Shown here: positions 27,901 through 39,900 of the stretch, one piece after another
Layout of the letters: the number at the start of each line of letters is the position of its first letter
Position numbering within the stretch: the stretch's first letter is position 1
Assembly: GCA_965285935.1 (NCBI GenBank)
Contig: OZ260662.1
Coordinates: 88,164,001-88,228,000 of the forward strand
DNA length: 64,000 bases
Direction of reading: 5' to 3'
Source: Ophelia neglecta
Lineage: Eukaryota
The notes under the pieces: generated by a model
What the model was told of the DNA's origin: nothing
What the model saw: the letters and a program-made list of their open reading frames with translations, nothing else
The model's database searches: none
Program-made: the position numbers and the translations under genes

Positions 27901-30900
27901 AATGACCAACCAAGTAAAGATAAATTGAGACCATCCTCCGTTAAGCCACTCAGTATCCCCATATCTGAGAAACCCACAATTGAGATTGACTTCTCCAAAC
28001 CTAGCCCAACAAAGGCATCCAAGACTCCTGTAGAGAAGCTTGTTTTCCCCAAGCCTAGCAATGTGAAGACAGTGCGGATTTACAAAGAAACGCCTTCTAC
28101 GCCTGCTGCTGGCAAGCCGTCTAGCGTGCAATGGGAGCCAGTAGGAACAGTGCCTACATACGATGCCTCCAAACCAATCATCTTCAGCCCTCCAATCAAG
28201 GTGACTAAATTGAAGATTGTACCTGAGGAGCCAACTGACAAGAGTGAAGATTTCATCATGAAACTCAAAGTTCACGCTTGCATCATCGTCACAGTTACTA
28301 CAACAACACTGCCAACTACTTCAACAACCGAAACAGCTACAAGTACCACTGGTAATTATGTGTTTATCACTTATTATTAAATTTTTACATAAGTGTACTA
28401 AGTACGGTTTTCAGTTCTTGCAACAGCATAGAAAGCCTTTATTCAAGACATGTATTTTTACAATTTTAATTTCAGCACAAACGACGGTGCCATCGACAAC
28501 AACCATTTCAGGAACTACAACTTCCGGGACTCTTCCTCCCGAGTTCTCTTCCACCACCCAGGGTACAACCACAACTCAAGGAGCATCATCAACAACCGAA
28601 ATAGACACTGGTAGTCCAACTCCAATAAGAACCACGGAAGTCATGACTACCACTCAGACACCATCTACAGCTGCTCCTCCCTCTTCTCCCGTACCAACTA
28701 CCACCACTGGTACAGAAACAACGACCAAAGAAGCAACAACCAGTTCCAGTTATTTAACAACTACAGGCACACCTGCTGTCACCACAACTACCGTCCTGGC
28801 AACAACGGTGACCGTAGCATCAACTACACCTGGCGAAAAATGCCCAGAGGACATGGACAACCCTACTTTCATCACTCCCGATATGATAACTGTCAGGCCT
28901 CCACAATTCGACAAAGATAAGCCCAAACTTAGACCATCTACAGCGGAACCGCTTCGGATTCCAAAGACGGAGAAGCCATCCATCGAGATAGACTTTACCG
29001 AGCCCAATCCACAACAACCAGTCGAAACACCGGTGGAAAAGATTATCTTGCCCACACCTAGCAATGTGAAGACAGTTAAGATTTTCAAGAAGACAGTTAA
29101 ACCAACTAGCGGCACCCCGACTGATGAAGAATGGGAAGAAGTGAAGCCAAAGAATGGTGAGCCAACATTTGATGGCACAAAACCAATCGTCTTTGATCCA
29201 CCAATTGACGTTACTGTACTGAGGATCGTTCCAGAAGAGCCAACTGACAACGACGAGGATTTCATTATCAAACTGAAGATCCACGCTTGTCTGAAACTGA
29301 AGATAACTACCACCACGGTGCTCACTGAACCTACAACAAGCACAGAAGGCACAACAACACCTTCTATCACGGAACCAGAAACAACTACTACAGGTGCCAC
29401 CACCACAACTACAACAATGGCCGAAACCACAACCACATCTGCAATTCCTGTGACAACGACATCCAGCACTATGGGAACCACAACCATGGTTGAAGTTACA
29501 AGCCCGTCTGGATCAACAACAGCCGCTACAGGTACAACAACAGAGGAAATGACAACCACAACGGTCTCTGGTGTAAACACCCTGACACCAACCATTAGAA
29601 CCTTCCCAACCACTACAACCGAGGCAACCGTTACCACTACTGTGGACACTACCTCCACAGAAGCTGGCACTACTACGTCTGCGGGCGAAGCTACAACCAC
29701 AGAGAGTACAACACCTAAAACTACAACTGGCAGCATGACTACAACGTCCCTGGCATCAACAAGTACAGTGGGAAGTACCACACTGCCTAGCACAACTACC
29801 ACAGTTACCATCACATCAACCATGCCTGGCGAAAAATGCCCCGAAGACATGGACAATCCAGTTCTTATCAATCCTAACATGATTACCATCAATCCAAGTA
29901 AATACAATGACCAACCAAGTAAAGATAAATTGAGACCATCCTCCGTTAAGCCACTCAGTATCCCCATATCTGAGAAACCCACAATTGAGATTGACTTCTC
30001 CAAACCTAGCCCAACAAAGGCATCCAAGACTCCTGTAGAGAAGCTTGTTTTCCCCAAGCCTAGCAATGTGAAGACAGTGCGGATTTACAAAGAAACGCCT
30101 TCTACGCCTGCTGCTGGCAAGCCGTCTAGCGTGCAATGGGAGCCAGTAGGAACAGTGCCTACATACGATGCTTCCAAACCAATCATCTTCAGCCCTCCAA
30201 TCAAGGTGACTAAATTGAAGATTGTACCTGAGGAGCCAACTGACAAGAGTGAAGATTTCATCATGAAACTCAAAGTTCACGCTTGCATCACCGTCACAGT
30301 TACTACAACAACACTGCCAACTACTTCAACAACCGAAACAGCTACAAGTACCACTGGTAATTATGTGTTTATCACTTATTATTAAATTTTTACATAAGTG
30401 TACTAAGTACGGTTTTCAGTTCTTGCAACAGCATAGAAAGTCTTTATTCAAGACAAGTATTTTAACAATTTTAATTTCAGCACAAACGACGGTGCCATCG
30501 ACAACAACCATTTCAGGAACTACAACTTCCGGGACTCTTCCTCCCGAGTTCTCTTCCACCACCCAGGGTACAACCACAACTCAAGGAGCATCATCAACAA
30601 CCGAAATAGACACTGGTAGTCCAACTCCAATAAGAACCACGGAAGTCATGACTACCACTCAGACACCAACTACAGCTGCTCCTCCCTCTTCTCCCGTACC
30701 AACTACCACCACTGGTACAGAAACAACGACCAAAGAAGCAACAACCAGTTCCAGTTATTTAACAACTACAGGCACACCTGCTGTCACCACAACTACCGTC
30801 CTGGCAACAACGGTGACAGTAGCATCAACTACACCTGGCGAAAAATGCCCAGAGGACATGGACAACCCTACTTTCATCACTCCCGATATGATAACTGTCA

Positions 30901-33900
30901 GGCCTCCACAATTCGACAAAGATAAGCCCAAACTTAGACCATCTACAGCGGAACCGCTTCGGATTCCAAAGACGGAGAAGCCATCCATCGAGATAGACTT
31001 TACCGAGCCCAATCCACAACAACCAGTCGAAACACCGGTGGAAAAGATTATCTTGCCCACACCTAGCAATGTGAAGACAGTTAAGATTTTCAAGAAGACA
31101 GTTAAACCAACTAGCGGCACCCCGACTGATGAAGAATGGGAAGAAGTGAAGCCAAAGAATGGTGAGCCAACATTTGATGGCACAAAACCAATCGTCTTTG
31201 ATCCACCAATTGACGTTACTGTACTGAGGATCGTTCCAGAAGAGCCAACTGACAACGACGAGGATTTCATTATCAAACTGAAGATCCACGCTTGTCTGAA
31301 ACTGAAGATAACTACCACCACGGTGCTCACTGAACCTACAACAAGCACAGAAGGCACAACAACACCTTCTATCACGGAACCAGAAACAACTACTACAGGT
31401 GCCACCACCACAACTACAACAATGGCCGAAACCACAACCACATCTGCAATTCCTGTGACAACGACATCCAGCACTATGGGAACCACAACCATGGTTGAAG
31501 TTACAAGCCCGTCTGGATCAACAACAGCCGCTACAGGTACAACAACAGAGGAAATGACAACCACAACGGTCTCTGGTGTAAACACCCTGACACCAACCAT
31601 TAGAACCTTCCCAACCACTACAACCGAGGCAACCGTTACCACTACTGTGGGCACTACCTCCACAGAAGCTGGCACTACTACGTCTGCGGGCGAAGCTACA
31701 ACCACAGAGAGTACAACACCTAAAACTACAACTGGCAGCATGACTACAACGTCCCTGGCATCAACAAGTACAGTGGGAAGTACCACACTGCCTAGCACAA
31801 CTACCACAGTTACCATCACATCAACCATGCCTGGCGAAAAATGCCCCGAAGACATGGACAATCCAGTTCTTATCAATCATAACATGATTACCATCAATCC
31901 AAGTAAATACAATGACCAACCAAGTAAAGATAAATTGAGACCATCCTCTGTTAAGCCACTCAGTATCCCCATATCTGAGAAACCCACAATTGAGATTGAC
32001 TTCTCCAAACCTAGCCCAACAAATGCATCCAAGACTCCTGTAGAGAAGCTTGTTTTCCCCAAGCCTAGCAATGTGAAGACAGTGCGGATTTACAAAGAAA
32101 CGCCTTCTACGCCTGCTGCTGGCAAGCCGTCTAGCGTGCAATGGGAGCCAGTAGGAACAGTGCCTACATACGATGCCTCCAAACCAATCATCTTCAGCCC
32201 TCCAATCAAGGTGACTAAATTGAAGATTGTACCTGAGGAGCCAACTGACAAGAGTGAAGATTTCATTATGAAACTCAAAGTTCACGCTTGCATCACCGTC
32301 ACAGTTACTACAACAACACTGCCAACTACTTCAACAACCGAAACAGCTACAAGTACCACTGGTAATTATGTGTTTATCATTTATTATTAAATATTTTACA
32401 TAAGTGTACTAAGTACGGTTTTCAGTTCTTGCAACAGCATAGAAATCCTTTATTCAAGACATGTATTTTTACTATTTTAATTTCAGCACAAACGACGGTG
32501 CCATCGACAACAACCATTTCAGGAACTACAACTTCCGGGACTCTTCCTCCCGAGTTCTCTTCCACCACCCAGGGTACAACCACAACTCAAGGAGCATCAT
32601 CAACAACCGAAATAGACACTGGTAGTCCAACTCCAATAAGAACCACGGAAGTCATGACTACCACTCAGACACCATCTACAGCTGCTCCTCCCTCTTCTCC
32701 CGTACCAACTACCACCACTGGTACAGAAACAACGACCAAAGAAGCAACAACCAGTTCCAGTTATTTAACAACGACAGGCACACCTGCTGTCACCACAACT
32801 ACCGTCCTGGCAACAACGGTGACCGTAGCATCAACTACACCTGGCGAAAAATGCCCAGAGGACATGGACAACCCTACTTTCATCACTCCCGATATGATAA
32901 CTGTCAGGCCTCCACAATTCGACAAAGATAAGCCCAAACTTAGACCATCTACAGCGGAACCGCTTCGGATTCCAAAGACGGAGAAGCCATCCATCGAGAT
33001 AGACTTTACCGAGCCCAATCCACAACAACCAGTCGAAACACCGGTGGAAAAGATTATCTTGCCCACACCTAGCAATGTGAAGACAGTTAAGATTTTCAAG
33101 AAGACAGTTAAACCAACTAGCGGCACCCCGACTGATGAAGAATGGGAAGAAGTGAAGCCAAAGAATGGTGAGCCAACATTTGATGGCACAAAACCAATCG
33201 TCTTTGATCCACCAATTGACGTTACTGTACTGAGGATCGTTCCAGAAGAGCCAACTGACAACGACGAGGATTTCATTATCAAACTGAAGATCCACGCTTG
33301 TCTGAAACTGAAGATAACTACCACCACGGTGCTCACTGAACCTACAACAAGCACAGAAGGCACAACAACACCTTCTATCACGGAACCAGAAACAACTACT
33401 ACAGGTGCCACCACCACAACTACAACAATGGCCGAAACCACAACCACATCTGCAATTCCTGTGACAACGACATCCAGCACTATGGGAACCACAACCATGG
33501 TTGAAGTTACAAGCCCGTCTGGAACAACAACAGCCGCTACAGGTACAACAACAGAGGAAATGACAACCACAACGGTCTCTGGTGTAAACACCCTGACACC
33601 AACCATTAGAACCTTCCCAACCACTACAACCGAGGCAACCGTTACCACTACTGTGGGCACTACCTCCACAGAAGCTGGCACTACTACGTCTGCGGGCGAA
33701 GCTACAACCACAGAGAGTATAACACCTGAAACTACAACTGGCAGCATGACTACAACGTCCCTAGCATCAACAAGTACAGTTGGAAGTACCACACTGCCTA
33801 GCACAACTACCACAGTTACCATCACATCAACCATGCCTGGTGAAAAATGCCCCGAAGACATGGACAATCCAGTTCTTATCAATCCTAACATGATTACCAT

Positions 33901-36900
33901 CAATCCAAGTAAATACAATGACCAACCAAGTAAAGATAAATTGAGACCATCCTCCGTTAAGCCACTCAGTATCCCCATATCTGAGAAACCCACAATTGAG
34001 ATTGACTTCTCCAAACCTAGCCCAACAAAGGCATCCAAGACTCCTGTAGAGAAGCTTGTTTTCCCCAAGCCTAGCAATGTGAAGACAGTGCGGATTTACA
34101 AAGAAACGCCTTCTACGCCTGCTGCTGGCAAACCGTCTAGCGTGCAATGGGAGCCAGTAGGAACAGTGCCTACATACGATGCCTCCAAACCAATCATCTT
34201 CAGCCCTCCAATCAAGGTGACTAAATTGAAGATTGTACCTGAGGAGCCAACTGACAAGAGTGAAGATTTCATCATGAAATTCAAAGTTCACGCTTGCATC
34301 ACCGTCACAGTTACTACAACAACACTGCCAACTACTTCAACAACCGAAACAGCTACAAGTACCACTGGTAATTATGTGCTTATCACTTATTATTAAATCT
34401 ATTACATATGTGCACTAAGTACGGTGTTCAGTTCTTGCAACAGCATAGAAAGCCTTTATTCAAGACATGTTTTTTTTTTACAATGTTACAAGTTCACGCT
34501 TGCATCACCGTCACAGTTACTACAACAGCAATACCAACTGTGTCAACGACAGGTATTAATGCTCAGTGTTTAATATTAAGGTTTAACCATTATTTTGTTT
34601 TCTGTTAAGTAACCTTTAATATTCCCATTACAAAAGCAATCAAAAACAACAGCAACAACAACATGATCAAATGTTGATTACATATTTGTTTGTATATTTT
34701 TGTCAATCAAACTGGGAATTGTTTGCCTATTGTAATTAATTCGTTATGTGATAAATCGCATTTATTCTAAAATGTGTGCGAGCATATCATATGGTGTCTT
34801 GCTGCATATTTGTGTATTTTTGCTGCGCACGTATGATTTGCAACCATTTCAGAACTCAATTGGGAATTATTTTCTGCTAATAACAGATTATTTTAGCATA
34901 TTACTTCCCTGAAACTTTTTTTTTATTACAGTACATACAACAACACCCGCATCATCAACATCTTCTGGTACTACAACTTCTATTGGAAGCGTTCCAACAG
35001 TGCAGTCCACCACCACGATAGGGACAACTTCACCTCAGAGCACAACAACGACGCCTGAGATTGAGACTGGTAGTCCAACGCCGCCGGGAACCACAGAAGT
35101 ACCCACCACCGCTGCTACTACCGCCTTTACTTCCAGCACGACAGAATCTGGAACGACCACCACTATTGGAGCTACTAAAACAACTGAAGTATTAGAGAGT
35201 AGTGTAAATACCAGGACATTCCCAACCACCACTGTTGCAACAAGTGCTCCGAACGTATCCACCACAATAACGCCCCCTAGCCCAACTACAACACAAGAAA
35301 GCGGCACTTCGTCACCAATAGAGACTACAAGTAGTACAACACCAGTCATAACAACTACGGCTACAACAACAGAGGCTACCTCTCCAACAGAGTCCACTAC
35401 AACTACACCAGTGACGACTACTTCACCCAGAAGATGTGAGTAGCAACACTTTGAGGATTCTTTTGTTAAGAGTTATAAGTCTGGCTTGATATTTATTGTC
35501 TGATTTGGTATGCTTCATACATCACATGTTTGTAAATATAAGCAAATGGAAATGGATTTAAATATTTATATGCATGAAACTAATTTCAATTAGCCTATCA
35601 CCTTATTCATTTTAACAATTATTTTTTAGACTGTAACCAAGCCTGTTACTGTCACCTTGGTTGTTTTGGCGATGTGGGACAATGCACTCCTCTACCGGGA
35701 TGTGACCAGTCATGTGAATGTGTTGGCACAGATCTGGATAGGACTAACTGGAGATGTGCCCGTTTTGTTACATGCACCACTCCAACAACAACAACAGAAA
35801 ATCCAACCAGGCCAACTACAACTAGCACAACTGAAACGGCCACTGCCAGCTCTACACTAACCACTACTCCCACATGTTAGTATAGCCCTGCGTGCTGGGT
35901 CGCAGTGTAGAGCATTAAGCTACAGGAATGTACTTAAAGATTTCTTGCACGCTGTAGTTTGGTTTAGATACAAGTCGTAAGGGTTCTATTTTTTGTTTCA
36001 AGCACAGAAACCGTGACAGTCAGGCACTCACGGTTTTTGTCCTTGAATATTACCAGCTTCTTACCGACTTCACGTTTCCCATACTGCTGTATGCAAGATA
36101 CCGACACATTTCCGGTAAATGATCATATGCATAGAATCCCATCCCTCCTCCTCCTCCCTGAGAAGTAATAAATAATCTCCAATCATTAAAATTAATGTTA
36201 TCAAGTAATCAAGTTAGTTAAAATAGACATGTGACAGTATATCTTGTGCCGAAAGAACCACTCAAACATGCAATGAATTCTCGGATTTGTCTTTCTGGCA
36301 TCATTCAAATGATTTTAAACCGCATGACACCCAATATATTACAGGCACCATGTACCCAGAGTGTGTAACTGAACTCTCCTGTGAGGATGAGTACAGTGGG
36401 GTAAAGCCACAGCTTGACTTCTCCGACATCCAAGGTGATTTTGGAGCCATGTTTGCGCGAATCAAGAAGTGCAGTGAAATGATCAAAGAATGTGGTTGTG
36501 ACAAATATGTTGCCAGCAAAGACGGAGATGTGTGCGTGGAAAAAGAGAAGGGATGTACAACGCCATGTACTTGTGAAAAGGATGGAGTCATGACACAGAT
36601 TAAGGTAATCTTAAATTCAGCCAAGATTATTGTTTTGCTCAACTATTATTGGAATGTGTAGCCTTTGTAAATAACGTTTATTTCTTTAGTTCTTGGCATT
36701 TCCAATGAGAATTCCATAGTGTACTTCAAATTGAGAATGCAATAGTAGAAAAGTGATTAATTTGGACTGCAATTGCACTTAACAGTTTGCCCGTTGAGTT
36801 AATAGTCATTGTTGTAACATTGCCAAATAGTTTCAGCCTATTACGGGTCAATGGCATATTACATAATTTGAATATTTGATCAATACGCCTGAAAGTTACT

Positions 36901-39900
36901 TGCTAACTCGCAAATTTCGTTATGTTGGATATTGTATTTTGTTTTATATAATTGTGTAAAATGACTCTATCATATAAATTAAATTTGTGTTTAGTCTGGG
37001 GAGACATGTCAACTAAAGAACTGTTCAGTGTGTACATGCGATTATGTACCTAGCAAGGGCAGTGTGTGGAGCAAGTGTGAGGCCTCTTCTTGCATGCCAA
37101 CCACCACCACCACCACGCCGAACCCAACCACTACAATGGCAACTTGTAAGTTATATAACTATATAATAAGTAATATATAATGTGTTATACCAAAAAATAT
37201 GTAAAAAATATTTTCAGCCTCCACGCCAGCTTCTTCATGTTCTAAGTGACATTTTCATGAATAATGCAAATTTTGCATAAGTATTTTTTGTGTAATAATT
37301 TTTACTATGTACAAACAGCATCTCTGTAGGCTTTGATAATGTTCTCGTGTTAAGGTACCTACCCCAGTGGCTGTTTGATTAAAGCTACTTGTGAGCAGGC
37401 TTATGACATCAGGTGGTCCCCACAGCTGCCATTTGATTGGTCTCTGATCCAGTCTTGCGCTAGAGCCAAAACACAAGGATGTGCCTGTCCAACGGGCTAT
37501 GTCCAGCCACCTCAACAAAATTTTGCACCTGTTTGTGTAAAATATCCATCCAAAGATGTCTGTGTCAAACCATGTACTTGTAATGGCCAGGATATGAAGG
37601 TTAGTAACATAAATAGCAGTACTATTACTATTACTAGCATAAATAGAAATTTTTGTCAATTTTGATATTGTAGATATATTTATTCATTCATTGATAGACG
37701 AGATTCGCCTTTTGTAAAATTCTTAACCTAGATTTCTAAGCATAGCGTCTGTATCAGGTTGGTGAGAGCTGCATGCTATCAGGTTGTAAGAGTTGCCAGT
37801 GTACATATGAGAGGGGCCAATATGTGTGGACTAATTGTGAGAAGAAGCAGTGCGCAACCACAACAGTGAGCCCAACCACCACCATAGCTACTACCAGTGT
37901 GACTGGTGTCACAACCATCTCACCTGAGACTACAACATTCCCTGAAACGACCCAAACCAGCACTACGTCTACCGCACGACCAACAACCACTACTCCAAGG
38001 ACCACCACACAAATAGGTACATATTTAGATACTTTTCATTTTATATACTTTACTATGTAGGGATTGGAATTAAACATATATTCTTATTTTAACAATTGTT
38101 ATTTATTTTAGCAGCAAATTGTAAAACTCAGATATAAACAACGATTCTGCCCCCGAAACACGCGGGCACGCACACTCATAAGTACCCAAACTTTCTATAT
38201 ACACAACCTATATTAAAATCTAAGCAGTCTTTGACATGTATTTTTTCAGTGTGTCCTGAAATGTGTAACTGTAAGATTGGTTGTTTTGGTGACCAGTCTG
38301 ACTGTACCTGGCGCAGTATGTGTGACAGAGACCATTGTCGCTGTACCGGCATGAGAATCAATGGCCGATGTGTCACTTCAACTGTTGACCCAAGTGAATG
38401 TACTACCACTACCAATATGCCAAGCACAACGCCCGGTTGGTTTTATTTCATAAATGTCATAATATTAAGTCATTGTTACCTGTTTTTCTGTGTTATTTCT
38501 ATGTAATTATTTCCATAAATACATAATTGGAAACAAGTCTATTATTATATAGCGATGACAACAGTGACTTCTTCAACCATGGAAACGACAACAACACCTG
38601 CAATAACTACAACAGAGGCCACAACGGTTGCAACTACCCCATCAACAACTACTAACGCGGGTAAGTGTTTGCGGCCTGCCTTTGCCAGATAAGCCGAAAG
38701 CACACCATGTATGCGATTATTCGCCCATTATTATACGAATGTAAATTATCGTTCAGACGTGCTTTAATGCAACTCAACTCATAATTACGCTTTCCTTGCA
38801 GTCTGTTTTGATCCACTCAGCACTGACCCATTGGTTTTGGCCCGTGTACAGGCAAGCACGGTCCACAGTGTGACCAGACCTGATGATCCGGATTTCTACT
38901 ATGGAGCTGAGTTTTCTAAGCTGGACAAGGCTGGCTGGAAAGCTAAATCAACAGATAAGAAACCATGGTGATATATACATATATCTATATACCTCCATAA
39001 TACCCGTTAAATGGTTATTTCTTTACAATTGATTTCTTACATATTAACAATTCTCAACTGCGTCCTCTTGTTAATATTTCAATGAATCGTCTGTCTTAGT
39101 AAGGCATTTCATGCACATAAGTATTATAACTATATATATATGTATGCTTGTGTGGGTGTGTTCCAGGTTTATCATAATTTTCAAGCAGAAGGTCACCGTC
39201 ACAGGATTTAAGATACAACCCTTGAGAGTCTCAAAACTTTTACTGGAGTTCAGCAATGATGGAACATCATTTGAACCATATTCAGAAAATGGAAAGCCAG
39301 TTGTGAGTTTCAACGTTTCTAAAATACAACTATTCAAATAGTCATGGACTAATCCTACATAAACTTTAATTTCTTTTCGCAGATTTCTGTGTAAGTAACA
39401 CAGCTAGACACTTACGCAATTCGAACATAACCTTATTATTAACACTGATTGACGGTTTTAATTTTATCATTTTTCATTTGCAGACGTATAATCTGGTAAG
39501 CTTCAGTACACTTGTGACCATCAGACTGAAGAATCCCACAGACGCCCAATTTGTAAAATTCACAATAATGGAGAAGACCCAGGATGGTGTTACCGGATTT
39601 AATGTCCAACTCCAAGGATGCTATGAACTGTGTATGTTATTTTCGTGTACTTGCTAACGGGCCTAAAAGTAGTTCTTTTATAGCAAGGACGTTTTGTAGC
39701 CACAATATTACTTAAGACATCACGCCAATGGTCATATGCTAGAGTCACCTGACAATATTCTGATATAGAATAGCATGTCGTTGTCAGAAGTGTTTCGTGC
39801 TGAAAACAATATGAAACATTTCTCTTCGATATTAGATTATTATTGGATTCAATGCCTGATTGACTCTTGCCCAGTTAGATTTGTAGATCAAAATATCGTT

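Larger units (their letters stand above)
8483..34490 (+). repeat. Tandem exon+intron array 2, period 2005-2006 bp, 13 copies
   Basis: Each unit is an 1881-nt exon (first unit 1821 nt with a different 5' end) plus a 124/125-nt intron (ACTG|GTAATT ... AATTTCAG|CA); units differ by only scattered substitutions. Confidence 0.97.

Noticed and set aside
16090-31880. Singleton amino-acid variants (e.g. S>F 16090, S>L ~18296, N>I ~19845, T>K ~23318, G>D ~29646, P>H ~31879) as functional diversification
   Set aside because: Cannot be separated from consensus errors in near-identical repeats without reads.
80-34291. Long Val-rich minus-strand ORFs (328-438 aa) and short alternative-frame ORFs repeated in each unit
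   Set aside because: Shadows of ACN (Thr)-rich coding sequence; one copy is broken by a stop (31876) while the + frame is never broken.
8483-34367. CRISPR-like, satellite or transposon interpretation of the arrays
   Set aside because: Units are protein-coding exons plus spliceosomal introns; no spacers, TIRs or transposase.
10371-34396. Treating each 655/675-aa ORF as a separate tandem gene
   Set aside because: Starts are non-ATG or intronic, no signal peptide or promoter space, and each ORF is bounded by consensus acceptor/donor sites in matching phase.
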